From Eukaryota sp. TZLM1-RC (lineage: Eukaryota > Protista > Metamonada: BaSk clade): a stretch of 64,000 nt of DNA. A program made the translations under genes and the position numbers. The DNA lies in contig JAUPSS010000004.1 of the NCBI GenBank assembly GCA_040285825.1, positions 1,240,001 to 1,304,000 on the forward strand, written 5' to 3'. Of the stretch, positions 1-12,572 are shown piece by piece; the stretch's first letter is position 1; the number at the start of each line of letters is the position of its first letter. The notes below the pieces were generated by a model. That model ran no database searches. It had not been told where the DNA came from and saw only the letters and a list, made by a program, of their open reading frames with translations.

Positions 1-984
1 TCAAAACAAGTTTTTTTGAGGATTGTGAAGCATAATAAACTTATAACTTGTTCTGTATGGAGCTGTTAAAGGCTTATCTGCATCAATGAAGGTACTCGCC
101 AAAAGTTTGGGATGTCCAGAGGTCAAGTTCCGCTGATTAGGTCCTACGAAAATTGCAAATACTTGAACCTGATCGTTGAAGGATTATCATGTCAGTATCT
201 GTAGGTATACTTTCGTATGTTCAAACAGCTTTAATTCTCAAAATTCGAGTGGACTTATTCAAAGAGAAATTACCCAAAAGATACTGTGATTGGAAAACGG
301 TTGGTGTTGGAATGTCGTTTGGAAATTTAGGTAGCGAAATTTTGGTACTAGGTCAATGGGTTAATATAGAATTGTTATTGCAGATCTTTAAAACGATTCC
401 TGATGTTGTCATGACAGTTCCAAGCTAAGACGAGGAAATCTTAAGAGTAAACGAAAGTACTAATCGAACCATCAACTGCAATAACAATGAATATTGATTA
501 TTGTTTTGTGAGCGTGGAAAATAGAAATATTATAAAAGAAAAAAGATTATCCACATTCAGTGGGTAGAAATACAGTTGACACGTGAGACAGCGAATTATC
601 TTGTGTTTGCCCTGAAACATAGTTGAAGATTAAGTAATGACGAAATGACAAATCATGAATTTTGTTATGGTTTTATTTTGAATGTTATACTCGCTAACTA
701 ATTGCATAAAGGAATACGCAAACTTTGAATAAAGATGATTCAAAAGGTTTGTTTGCAGATGTGATAGAGGAAATATGTCGTGAAGAGCCAGGGAGCGACA
801 GTGATGATAAGGTAGTGGAAGAACAAGTAAAAGGAACGATGTGTTTGAGTAGAAACAAATTGCCGTTTGAAGAAGATTATGTCTATATTGGGGAACAATC
901 TCCCGAACCGAAACATTCTTGACTTTGATGATGTAATTTATGATTATTGGTCTCGAAGATCTATTTGGCAATTCTTTATTGTTT

Positions 985-1430
985 TATTGAAAAAAGATGA
1001 CTATATCTGAAGAAACAATTTGCAGGGAGTGAACACCCCGTACAAACTGCTGTCATGACGTCATCACAAATTGGGTTTGAGTGAAAATTTCAACAATTCA
1101 TTCCACAAACCTATGTTTTGGAAAGATTCAAACACTTCAGGGTAACGCGTGTGCACCTTTGTGTTGTTATAGGTCAACTATTTTCCATTGTATTTGAGCA
1201 TCTGTGGGCATGATATTAGTAAACAAACACAAATGCAACAAAACCTATTGATACTGAGCTACTGGCACATGTAAATGTACCAAAATGTGCTTTTTGGTCA
1301 CAAAAACCACACATCACAGGGCTTCCAGATGCCCTCCACTTCTTGTTCTTTAACAAGTGCTCTTGGATAACACAACAGTAATACATACAACGTCACTTGT
1401 GTTCATCTTTAAGACTTTTCGCTTAACTTT
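985..1430 (-). pseudogene. Degraded Cys/His-rich (zinc-finger-like) ORF remnant, copy 1
   Basis: Manual minus-strand translation gives CGFCDQKAHFGTFTC...HAHRC...CTGCSLPANCF with internal stops. A diverged copy lies at about 2625-3130. Confidence 0.45.
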
Positions 1431-1471
1431 TCATATTTGCATCAATATAAAAACCATATAGAATTCAGTCA

Positions 1472-1572
1472 GCGATCATGGTCTAGTGGGAGGACGGGAT
1501 GTTTTCACTATGATTTCATAATTATCAATTATTTCAAATGTCCAAACCCGGGTTCGATTCCTGGTGGTCGCG
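1472..1572 (+). tRNA. tRNA-Glu(TTC)-like gene with 30-nt insertion (intron) in the anticodon arm
   Basis: Acceptor stem GCGATCA/TGGTCGC, D arm GTCTAGTGGGAGGAC, loop TTTTCAC, T arm CCGGGTTCGATTCCTGG. Second copy at 50099-50198. Confidence 0.75.
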
Positions 1573-1619
1573 TATTTCGAATTGATTTCCATTGCCTTAA
1601 TTGTTTATGTTATGGTATT

Positions 1620-2070
1620 TATTAGATTTGGAATGTGTGTCACTAATGAAGCATTTGTAACAAAAATGAGATTATTTTTGAATATCCCCATTAATCGACT
1701 TTTATCAAATGAAAAATGTATTTGTTCGAATTCACCTCAACTCACTTTGCGCCATGCTCTGAATTGTTCGAAATTAGTAACTTATCGTTCTTCATTACAT
1801 GGTGCTGTTAAAAACACTCCTTTTAAAGCAAAAGAAAAACATAGAAAATATGACGAAGATATCGAAGAAGCTAATGCTGGTAGAAATACACAACTAGTTT
1901 TTATTGCTTTCCCATTTTCTATAAACGGAAGGCTCGTTTTTTCAATCAAATAAGAGAAGCTTTAGCTAGACAGGGAGCAGATCAAGTTTTTGTGGAGGAA
2001 ATCTTGGTTCAATCATATTCGTCCCATTAGTTATGAATTAATTTAATTAAGTGTGCGTGTTCAATAAATA
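1620..2070 (+). mobile_element. 3' fragment of CRE-like RLE non-LTR retrotransposon (family ending EILVQ), internally deleted
   Basis: CICSNSPQLTLRHALNC zinc knuckle, KHRKY, and the 3' UTR cgtcccattagttatgaattaatttaattaagtgtg shared with 55485-57090. Confidence 0.85.
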
Positions 2071-2169
2071 GTAATTATTTGATTTTTATTTTCCACCGTA
2101 CAAATAGATGTTTGATATGCCACTAAATTTGTGTGGATTTGTGTGATCATTTGATGTTTAAAATAGTTC

Positions 2170-2590
2170 TTTTACAACATTAGCTCAGTCGAATATAAGA
2201 ATCCGCTGTTTATTGCTGACAACACTAAAACTAGCAAATATACTGCAAAGTTGCTATCCTTGAATGCTGAATTGCATATTCTTTATGTCATTTGTCCATT
2301 TATTTTTCTTTACATGGTACGTTTGGAACACTTGCTTTATTTGAGTTAAATGATTTTTTGAAATTGTGAAACAACGTACAGGAAGAATTTTTGACACAAC
2401 GTTTTCACAGAACAGAATTATATTTTCAATTCATGAAGGTGTTGTCCAATCATTGTGTCTGCTTTATTATCTTTTGATCACTGATATGAAGGAAAAACTT
2501 CCAGTCAATTCTTGTTTGCTGATTTAGGATATGATAATTTGAAACTTTATATTCGGTGTTTAGATTTTCGGTAAAATAAATAATTGAAAA
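2170..2590 (+). mobile_element. Degraded RLE endonuclease 3' fragment (other family)
   Basis: NPLFIADNTKTSKY...CPFIF...KQRTGRIF-type remnant. Inverted copy at about 48750-49160. Confidence 0.65.
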
Positions 2591-2624
2591 AATAAAAAAT
2601 AAATTTTGCATTGATTTATTGTTT

Positions 2625-3130
2625 CATTGAAGAAAGTTCATTATAAGTGAAGAAACAATAGTGTGCATGGACGGACACCCCATGCACACTGCTTTCATCA
2701 CCTTATGGCAAAATAGGTTAGATTGTAATCTTCAACTATGTTTTAAATAACGAAACATAGATTTTACCATTTATAAAATCTAAAATGATTCAAACACTTC
2801 AATCATTTTACGGTAACACGTGTGCACCTTTGTGTTATTCTATGTTATCAATTGTAGGCAGCTTCACCATTATATCTCTGGGCATGATATCACTAAAGAA
2901 ACACAACTTTAACTAAACCTTTTATTACTGACATGTGAATGTATTGTTTCCTTCTTGGTGGCAAGAACCACACCTCACAGCACCTACACATGTTGTTCTT
3001 TAGCAAGTGCTCATGGATACTAATAATACTTAAATACTAATAAAAATAAATATATATAGTATTAATACTATTAATACTATTAATACTTATAACGTCAGTC
3101 GAGCTCCTCTTTATGACTTTTCTTATTATC
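2625..3130 (-). pseudogene. Degraded Cys/His-rich ORF remnant, copy 2
   Basis: Shares blocks with 985-1430 (ggtaacrcgtgtgcacctttgtgtt, gggcatgatat, caagtgctc). Confidence 0.45.
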
Positions 3131-4439
3131 TTTTGTCTTTCACTTTAGATGTTTTCTCATGTTGTCGTTTGGATCTAGGATCTCCCGTACTCAGTTTTGC
3201 TTACATCTTGCACTTTGTTCCCCTTTGTTACAAAGTCTTCTCAATTTGATGTCTCCTGTTGATCTGATGGAATCCACTGATGGCTCACTTCTCTTTGGCA
3301 AATCTATCTCTTGCTCTCATTCATGACGCCTACTTGTTGTCAAGTCGCTCCTCTGCTTGAATTCTACTTCTACCTTTCAAAAATGTATGTTGTTCAAAAA
3401 TGTAGGCTGTTTTCTAACTGCTGTTCTGTGTTATAATGTGGATTGACAATTGTTGACTTATCTCTGTTTTTCTCTATTTTTTCACGACACTCAGAATTGA
3501 ACCCTGGACTAATGAAACAATTTATTTTTTATCGCGTTTAGTTTTGTTCTTTCAATTGAATTCTATTGAAGCTATTTGTAATATATTTTGTTTAATTGCT
3601 CAATCGAGCCAAGCAAGCGAAATACTAAGCTCAGTCCAATGATATTTAATGTAGAGTCTCTACCAAATATTGGGAGTAATTCTCTTTATTTTGAGTTTCT
3701 ATTAACAAATACATAAACGACTGAGTAATCATCAATCTTTGAGTTGCCAACTCTTTGAAGTTGAAAACAGTCATGATCGTTCTGATTACATGTATCTGTA
3801 TAGTTTATATGTTTTTGGATCTTTGTGAAGCTTCAATAAGTGTTTAACATTCTGTATCTGTTTTTCGCAGATGTTTCCTTTGATTCATGCAAGAATTTTT
3901 CAAAAATTAGCTTGAGTCTCAACAACAACACTTTATTTTATCTCATGTTTTTTTATTATTTTCAATTTTTTAATTTTTTTATTATATGTTTGCAACATCT
4001 GGACAACGACTTTTTTCTTGATTTTATGTTCTACATTCTATGAATTTGGTTTCAAATTTGTTTATTTTTTTATCTTTGCCTTGCTCTACTTTTTGATAAA
4101 CCGTTCTTCTATGGTCCTTTACAAAACATGGTTTAATTGTTCCATTTGTCCACCCTTTTCATTATTTATAATTTTATTTAGCATCTTCATTATTTATGCG
4201 TGACCAGCTTTCCCCTAGAAATAATCAATTGTGTTTAAATTGAATAACTGAATAGTTTTCTCACCAAGTGTTGATTTTGAGTCACATACCAGGATTAATT
4301 TCGTCACGTTTTATTTTATTTGTTTAAGATCTTCTGATTCACTTGGTTGTAATTTTTGCAAGTACTTCCTGTTCAGAGTTTGAATGTTTTTTCCCAAATC
4401 ATTCCATGGAAATATTCCTGAAAAGAATTTTTTAAATTT

Positions 4440-4506
4440 ATTATTTTTTATTAATTTTCTACGAAGGAACAAAAACAAAACAAACTAAAACACATAAGAA
4501 ACAAAT
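4440..4506 (-). mobile_element. Tiny 3' tail of RLE family ending SYVF
   Basis: Matches 57660-57720 and the reverse complement of 46055-46105. Confidence 0.7.
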
Positions 4507-5217
4507 TTATTATTTTATATTTTTAAATTATTATTTTGAATAATTTTTTCAACCAAATCTTTTTTGAACCAGCAACGATATTGAATCATCATTTGCATGT
4601 AACATTCCATAAAAAAACAAAAAATAATTGGACATGGTGGGCTAAGGACATTGAATCAGACACTAAATACTGAAGAAAGGCGATCAGGTGTCATGTTTGT
4701 ATGGTTGAATCTGATGCAAAAAAAATAAAGTTGAAAGTTTTGTACAATAGGGAGAATTTTAACTTTGTTTTTCAGAGCAGCAGTTTCAGGCAACTCTGCA
4801 GTTATTGTGCCCTAGTGTTTTGATGTGTGTTAGAGATTTTTAAACCTATCTATTGGGAAACAGTTGGGAAGTATAACAAAATAACCCTGGGTATCTTTTT
4901 CACTTTTCACAATTGTGTTGATACAAACTGCAATCAACAATAGTTTCATTGGATTTCCAGAACAATCTAGTCTTCTCAGAAACAGCTTTGTTTTGGTAGT
5001 CGTTTTGTATTATTATTTTATCTCATATGAGGCGCCCAGCAACATAACTTTGGGGGTGAAACATTCAGTAGAGTCAACAAAGAAGAGGGAGACAACGTAG
5101 AGCAGTATGCTATAATGGCTAAGAAAGCAATAGGAGGACCTGGACCATAAATAGGGAGGTTTTCAACAATCATGATGGAGAGCAATATACTTCGATACAA
5201 GGGGAAAAAGGGATAAA

Positions 5218-5298
5218 TGTTGCCTTAGGTTGCAAAAGTGGTTGAGATAAAGATAATTTATTTTTTATTCATATTATAAAAGCCTTAGGGCTCCAACA
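5218..5298 (-). repeat. Very short LTR (81 bp) of Gypsy family A
   Basis: TGTTG...CAACA termini, preceded on the minus strand by the polypurine tract gaaaaaggggaagaagcag. Homologues at 14350, 39968 and 41667. Confidence 0.75.
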
Positions 5299-5412
5299 CT
5301 GCTTCTTCCCCTTTTTCAAAGATAATAGGCTTATATAAATATGAATCTAAACTATAAATTAATAACTAAATAACTACAAATAATCTAAACTGATCTAAAC
5401 TAAGAATTAGCG

Positions 5413-7057
5413 TCACTTCCTAATTCTAGTACTGCGTCTAGGCCTCTTGCAAGGCGTAGAGTTATTGGAGGTACTTTTACGTTGACTAGTAGTACGTTTT
5501 CCAATTTTCTTGTTATTCCTACTGAACAACTTGTAAGCTTCTGAATGTTTAACTGAATGGAGAGGCTCTTCTGTTGTCTCACCGCCAAACCATTGAACAG
5601 TACAGAAACTACCTGAGTCAGAATTACATTCTGAGAGGATTTTCTCTATAACATGTTTCTCAGCATTGCCTGCTGCGACTGCCTTAAGAAATTCGATATC
5701 CTGGGGATTTTCAGCGTTATAGATTTTGCAATCCTTCTTAGCAGCCTTTAATTCGATGCCAGTGATAAGATTTTTTAATAATAAAGTAGAGTTGGAAGGT
5801 TGGTCTATTACTAAAAAGGGTCCATTCCAAGATCCATGCAATTTATTATTCTGTTTGGTTTTACGTAGGACATAGTCACCATTATTAAATACTATAGAAC
5901 GCGAATTAGTATTGTCTACTGAAATCGGAGTATTTAATGATTGATGACGCTCTGCTTCTTCCATTTTTTCTTGCAGACGAGTATTTTTCATTTTAATATC
6001 GTCTAATAAAGGTATATTGGAATCAAATTTTGATAAGTTTCCTAATATGTTTGCAGGGTCCGATCTTGGACTAATCGAAGATCCAAACATTAGTTCGTTA
6101 GGTTTAAAACCTGTCTTTCTGCTTTTAGTGGAATTTATTAATAGTTGGGATATGGGTACATAAGTAGACCAATTTCCATAATCATTAAAATCTATTAATA
6201 ATTTCCTCAAGCATTGTAGAACGTCTCTATGTTTTCGTTCTACGAGTCCATTACTTTCAGAGTAGTGGGGTATTGAGTTACTCATCTCAATAGCTAATAT
6301 ATTACACACTATTTTAAAAGTCTCATTGGCGAACTCAGGACCATTATCGCTATGAATTAACATACTCTGCCAAAAATTGCGCAAACGTTCCAAATCAAAG
6401 CGTCTGCGGTCTCTAAGGCATTGAGTTCCTTTAGAGGGACTAAAATTGAATATCCAGTAAAAGAATCTACAAATACTAATAAGTATTTATTACCATCACT
6501 ATCAGTATTCAGAGGTCCAATTGTGTCGACATTTAATCTAGCAAAAGGACGATCTGCCCAAAGGGAACCTGTGGAAGGTGTTTTTATTCTTTTAACTGGT
6601 GGCGTTTTTTGACAAGTTGGGCATCTTTTGATGTGGTTTATGAGGTCCTTTCTCATATTAGGCCAGAAAAAATCGCTTTTGGACAGTTTATGTAGACTGT
6701 CGTTTTTGCTGGGGTGGCCTGATTGAACCAATCCATGAATTAATAATAGTGCCTGTTTTCTGAGGCTTTTTGGAATTAAAATTTTATCTTTATTGTTTTT
6801 CCAAATTTGAGTATTTTCATGTAGAATTGCATTCTCAAATAGAGGGTCATTATTATTTTTGGCTATTTGTTGTTCAGATCTTATTTTAGAGAACCAAGAA
6901 GAAAAAATAGGTAAGTCCTGGTGTCTACTTAGGGATGCAATTGATGGGATGTCTTCGAAGTCCGAATCAGAATCTTCGTCTATAGGAGGTATCTCGTAAT
7001 TCGAAAGTAAAGTATCTGGTATATTTATACTACATATAGAATTAATGGAACGAGAAT
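5413..7057 (-). mobile_element. Ty3/Gypsy family A pol 3' part: integrase (HHCC, DDE, GPF) plus chromodomain-like tail, frameshifted
   Basis: GHP...FFWPNM...CPTCQ, VDTIGP, HSDNGPEF, NGLVER, WNGPF, VIEKIL...VQWFGGETTEEP. Confidence 0.9.
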
Positions 7058-7185
7058 TACTTGTTCAAGACATCCAGAACTACGTCTTGGCTGGAAGATT
7101 TAGAAGATCTTCACAAACCTCTACAAGCCCAGCTGCAGAACTTAACTTTGCTTCTTTTTCGAATGTCCAAGACTTTCACCAGTAA
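7057..7185 (+). pseudogene. 3' remnant of an accessory ORF convergent with the IS630 transposase
   Basis: Open frame ...AAELNFASFSNVQDFHQ* resembles the C-terminus of ORF 15874-16662 (...AANVTDPHMF*). Confidence 0.5.
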
Positions 7186-7244
7186 TCAATAACCGTTTCA
7201 AAGATCAACATTTGCGAAAAACTTTATATAAAACAACGTATTGT

Positions 7245-7839
7245 CTAGTCAGTTAATGCATCTAACAACTTGGAACCAGGCCTTGAATAAGGAGAATCGA
7301 CATTTCGCAGATCTATCCATCCACTGTGATTAAAAAATCCTCGACAGTCAAAGTCAACCAAACCTTGCAAAGCACTTTGGACAACTTCAATACCACATAC
7401 TTTATTTTGGTGATGAGTAACGTCCCTAACTTTTCGGCGTAGAACAGAGAAGAACATTTCTATAGGATTCATGGCAGGACAGTATGGAGGTAATATTCGA
7501 TAGTGCAAGCCACACTTACGAACAGCATGGATTAAGTTATCAGAAGTGTGAATACGACAGCCATCAAGTACTAAGACAGACCGATGTCCAGGAAAGGTGT
7601 AGAGGTTCTTTGAATTGATTAAATCGTGTAAGAAAGAAGCAAAGCCTTGTCGGTCAAAATGACCTTCTTGAACATGGAAAAAAAGTGCCCCTGTGACATC
7701 AATAGCAACAACAGCACTTACTTGGACCTGTAGCATTTCAGGTTGTACAGTGTATATGGATTGTCCTTTGGGAGAACGACCATAGGAACGAGCATTGACT
7801 TGTGTTTTAAACGAAAGTTCATCAATAAAAACCAGTTGA
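7245..7839 (-). mobile_element. IS630/Tc1-like DD34E transposase, 5'-truncated
   Basis: FIDELSF, VLDGCRIH and LPPYCPAMNPIE motifs, with 34 residues between the second D and E. Confidence 0.9.
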
Positions 7840-7918
7840 CTGGAGAAAAATCCACAATAGGCATGATGCTGACAACGAGTTCGGTCGTTATGTAGAAGAT
7901 TTTGGAGACGTCTTAAGA

Positions 7919-9367
7919 ATGACCATCTACATGACCGACCTGACCATCCCTGATTTAATTAGAGGAAGCAGTGGGCTGATAACCATATATCCCGCTCTAA
8001 TAGCCGAGTACTTCCTTATGGGTTTGGATAACTTTGCTATATCGAGCGAACTCCTCCTAGTATGGACTAGGGAATCCTTGTGGGACTCGCCGAACAGAAC
8101 AACTCTACTCGATTTAATATCGACAACGAGAAAGCACTTCCTCGCTTGGTGTTTCACGGCAGGAAATAAGCCCACAATGAATGTACTAAGGAGCAGGGCT
8201 AACGAAGAAGATATTCCTTTGGGACTCACGGCGATGACAACTTATTCAAGAAAAATAACCCCATCAGCCCAGGCTCCAGCAAAACGAGCACGACGATCAG
8301 GTAAAAAGTCGAGAGGAACCCCTCAACACAAGTACATTCCTGAAAAACATGAACGAGAAGGGTCGAAATTCTGTACATTCTGCAGTAACGTCGAAGGTAA
8401 CAACCATGTTGGCTACACTGTATTCGAATGCAAAGACCCTCGTTGTGCTAGAAGCAGAGTTTCCAAAGAAGAAAGATTTAGATTGGGAGAACAGGAGGCG
8501 CCTGCTAGTAGAGGCAGTGTAGAAAGGGGTCGAGGTGGCCGAGGTAGACGTGTACATAGATTTGAATTTACAGGCCGTGGAGGCCGTTTTAGAGGACATA
8601 AAGGAAGAGGTCAGTATAGACCTATATATAACACCAACACAACAGAGGATATATCATCAAACGCATCCCCTACTGAGTCAAAACCGACCCGTTTGAGTAC
8701 GGTTCCTCACAGACGGATCAACAACAGCAACCGGAATAGCAGGACATGCAACTTACCTAATCGGGTACATATCAATGCAATCATTCACAACCAATCAACA
8801 ACCGATTTAGGAAACCCGGTCAACAACTTTCCAACAGCTCAACAAAATCTCTTAATTCCTCTACAAATTCACCAAACCAGCTCTGATATCAATAGTATTT
8901 TTGACATTAATTTTACGGTTAGTGAAAACCACATCAGGTCCCAGCGTTCTCCATTTCTAAGACTAAAAATATCAATAAATGATATTAAAATGATTGCAAC
9001 TATAGATTCGGCTGCGTTTTGTTCAGTTATTACTGCAGATTTAGCTGAACAATGCCATATGTCAATCAATAGCAAGGATACTATTCAGTTCTTACCAGCT
9101 AATAATGTATCCACAAAATCGCTAGGGAGTGCGACTGGTATTCTGTCGTTCAACGTAGGAAGCATTGCGCAACAAGTTCACTATAAACATACTCTTCCCT
9201 TAATCCCGGGTACGAACAAATTATTAATAGGAACAGACATGTTAAAGCACTTCGGCTTTAGACGGATGATGGTCTTTTTATTAGATGAGACAAAGAACAC
9301 CGCACTTTGTCAAATGCAGAATCAGAATTCGACTCTAGAATCGCTCAACATTCGATTGGAAACTTAG
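7919..9367 (+). CDS. Gag-protease polyprotein of Gypsy family B
   Basis: 482-aa ORF with CCHC-like knuckle, RGG-rich segment and retropepsin DSA/IGTD motifs. Confidence 0.8.
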   Translation: MTIYMTDLTIPDLIRGSSGLITIYPALIAEYFLMGLDNFAISSELLLVWTRESLWDSPNRTTLLDLISTTRKHFLAWCFTAGNKPTMNVLRSRANEEDIPLGLTAMTTYSRKITPSAQAPAKRARRSGKKSRGTPQHKYIPEKHEREGSKFCTFCSNVEGNNHVGYTVFECKDPRCARSRVSKEERFRLGEQEAPASRGSVERGRGGRGRRVHRFEFTGRGGRFRGHKGRGQYRPIYNTNTTEDISSNASPTESKPTRLSTVPHRRINNSNRNSRTCNLPNRVHINAIIHNQSTTDLGNPVNNFPTAQQNLLIPLQIHQTSSDINSIFDINFTVSENHIRSQRSPFLRLKISINDIKMIATIDSAAFCSVITADLAEQCHMSINSKDTIQFLPANNVSTKSLGSATGILSFNVGSIAQQVHYKHTLPLIPGTNKLLIGTDMLKHFGFRRMMVFLLDETKNTALCQMQNQNSTLESLNIRLET

Positions 9368-10880
9368 ATAACCAATCATCAAGTCCTTCTGATTTTGAGC
9401 AGCAATTAACAAGATCTGGATGTGAAATAAAATTAGGTGATATTAATAATAAATTAAAATTAATGAGTCTACTGAAATTATTCAGCGATGTTTTTAGTGA
9501 AACTCCAAATAAAAAGGTTTTATTGTAGTCCTCTTACAATCCCCTTTCGCGATGAAAACGCTATTGTACACAAACCTGCTAGATGGTCAAACCCAAGCAA
9601 ATTAGAAATAGCCAACAAAATATTCGACGAATTGATAGAAATGGGTTATGCAGTTGAATCCAATTATAGATTCAGCTCTCTTATTGTCCTAGATTATTTA
9701 CCCAGATAATAGAAAACCTAGATTAACTAGTGACTTTAGTGGTAAAGAAGGTGTTAATGCCCATACAATTTCTGTCGAACCTAATTTACCGCGGATTAGT
9801 GATATATTAGAATTTTTAAGCAGAGCTGATTACATAGCCACACTTGATTTACCAAAAGCTTTTTGGCAAATGAATGTAGCAGGAAAAGATATTGCAAAAA
9901 CATCAATTTCAATACCTGGAAGGTCCATCATGTTTAAAAGAGCTTGCTGACATCAAAGCTATTACAGTAGCTGACGCAATTATCACCCGAGTTTACGCAA
10001 TTTTTGGAGCCCCTCAAGCCATCCACTCCGATAATGGAACCGAGTTCAGTAATGCCATATTTGCCTGCCTTTGCCGAAAATCTCCCACTCTACATCTATT
10101 CTCCACTTCCACTAGTCTAACGGGTTAGTTGAAAGGCAACATCGAGTTATCCTCCAGAATCTGAGAAAAATCCTTTTAGATTTCGCTGACTACGATAACT
10201 GGTCTGATTATCTCCCATTTTGCCAGTTAGTTGCTAATAGTACTTACAGGAAATCACTCAACGCCACCCCATATAAATTAATATTTGGATCTGATGTTTC
10301 CCCTAGATTGCTACCCTTTGAAATTCTTCAAGCCTTGTCACCAAAATCAGATAATCTAGATGTCCCAGAATATATGACTTACCTAGCAAATATGTCTACC
10401 CAGTTGTTAGACAAATGGAATGCTGAACTTGAACCTGAGTTGACCCATATTGCTCCACCAGAACTTAAGTTTAAACCCGAAGTTGGATCCAGAGTTTTCG
10501 TCTTACGAGAAACTCCTAATAAACTGCACGGACACTATGTAGGTCCGTACGTTGTTAAAGAAGTAACTACTCGAAGTTCACTCCTAGTGGAAAACCCAAT
10601 CACTAGAACTTGCCTGAAGACATCTATCCATCTAATCAAGTTCTGTCTGTCCTCCCTGCCCGACAATATCCTGAACGCGTATGTCGCCGCCGACGCAGAA
10701 GAATTGCTAGTAGATGCAATCTTAGATGTCTCTGATGGTCAAGCCACCATCCTTTGGTCTGATGGTACTCAGACGACTCAACCCGAGACCACAGTCAAGA
10801 ACACTACCGCCTATCATCGTTATATAAAGATGATGAACCTGGACAAGCCCCGAAGAAGAGGCAGACGGAAGAAGAGGTAG

Positions 10881-11077
10881 TGTAGGCTTATGCCATTATA
10901 GTTTATTATAGTTTATTAGAAGTTACAGTATCACGTGATGACACGTCATCACTAGTTTATCTGCAGAGAGAAATTCTTTTTTCTGATTATTCCCGTTCCT
11001 TGTTATAAACCCCTGTTTCATAAGTTCTGTTTATACAAGGTTCCTTGGATGCTAGCAAACCCCACAATAGTGTAACA
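10881..11077 (+). repeat. 3' LTR of Gypsy family B (197 bp)
   Basis: Starts TG directly after the PPT and integrase stop, ends TGTAACA. Core agttacagtatcacgtgatg is shared with 31810-31998. Confidence 0.7.
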
Positions 11078-11448
11078 GATTAGCTATTGAGACGAGTAAC
11101 TCAATACCCCACTACTCTGAAAGTAATGGACTTGTAGAACGTAAACATAGAGACGTTTTACAATGTTTGAGGCAATTTTTAATAGACTTTAATGATTACA
11201 GAAATTGGTCTACTTATGTACCTATATCCCAACTATTAATAAATTCTAGTAAAAGCAGAAAAACTGGTTTTACCCCCTACGAACTTATGTTCGGTTCTTC
11301 GATTAGTCCAAGAACAGATCCTGCTAATATTTTTGGGAATTTATAAAAATTCGAAACTAATATCCCTTTATTAAATGACATTAAAATGAAAAACACTCGT
11401 CTACAAGAAAAAAGGGAACAAGCAAAACGTCACCAAACATTTAATACA
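11078..11448 (+). mobile_element. Additional Gypsy family A integrase fragment
   Basis: Diverged nucleotide match to 13330-13705 (PHYSESNGLVERKH). Confidence 0.85.
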
Positions 11449-11449
11449 A

Positions 11450-12385
11450 AACACGGCAGGAGAAGATACTTGCCGGTCTTTATGTTAGTGAGGAGCAATC
11501 TGCTGATGAAGACTGCCTATCACATGATTGCCGGTGTATCTTGACATCTGAAGAAGAAGAGGAACTACTAGCTTTCGTTGAAAAGGATCCGCTTTCTTTC
11601 TCACGAGAAATCCGTTCTTTCGTCCGCTCCAAGTTTAATAAAACCATTTCCATAACAACTGTTCACAGAATACTTGTTAGACATGGGTACTCATACAAAA
11701 AGTGCCAGAATCTTGTCCGAAGGGCGAAGTTGTTGCTTATAACAAAGTTTGAGACTAATTATATGCTTGACATTGGACTTGTACTACATCATCAACTGGT
11801 TTTTATTGATGAACTTTCGTTTAAAACACAAGTCAATGCTCGTTCCTATGGTCGTTCTCCCAAAGGACAATCCATATACACTGTACAACCTGAAATGCTA
11901 CAGGTCCAAGTAAGTGCTGTTGTTGCTATTGATGTCACAGGGGCACTTTTTTTCATGTTCAAGAAGGTCATTTTGACCGACAAGGCTTTGCTTCTTTCTT
12001 ACACGATTTAATCAATTCAAAGAACCTCTACACCTTTCCTGGACATCGGTCTGTCTTAGTACTTGATGGCTGTCGTATTCACACTTCTGATAACTTAATC
12101 CATGCTGTTCGTAAGTGTGGCTTGCACTATCGAATTTTACCTCCATACTGTCCTGCCATGAATCCTATAGAAATGTTCTTCTCTGTTCTACGCCGAAAAG
12201 TTAGGGACGTTACTCATCACCAAAATAAAGTGTGTGGTATTGAAGTTGTCCAAAGTGCTTTGCAAGGTTTGGTTGACTTTGACTGTCGAGAATTTTTTAA
12301 TCACTGTGGATGGATAGATCTGCGAAATGTCGATTCTCCTTATTCAAGGCCTGGTTCCAAGTTGTTAGATGCATTAACTGACTAG
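11450..12385 (+). mobile_element. IS630/Tc1-like DD34E transposase, one frameshift, N-terminus truncated
   Basis: Winged-HTH region (ISITTVHRILVRHGYSYKK), FIDE, LDGCRIH, NPIE. Near-identical inverted copy at 7245-7839. Confidence 0.9.
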
Positions 12386-12572
12386 ACAATATGTTGTTTT
12401 ATATAAAGTTTTTCGCAAATGTTGATCTTTGAAACGGTTATTGATTACTGGTGAAAGTCTTGGACATTCGAAAAAGAAGCAAAGTTAAGTTCTGCAGCTG
12501 GGCTTGTAGAGGATTGTGAGGATCTTCAAAATCTTCCAGCCAAGACGTAGTTCTGGATGTCTTGAACAAGTA

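Larger units (their letters stand above)
7840..11077 (+). mobile_element. Ty3/Gypsy family B element (gag, protease, partial RT, integrase, chromo-like tail, 3' LTR), degenerate
   Basis: Gag knuckle CTFC...H...C, protease IDSAAFCS, RT LDLPKAFWQ, integrase HSDNGTEF and YVGPY, PPT ggaagaagagg. The RT C-half and RNase H are deleted. Confidence 0.88.

Noticed and set aside
3020-3090. TAATAC(TAT) short repeats
   Set aside because: Simple AT-rich microsatellite-like sequence.
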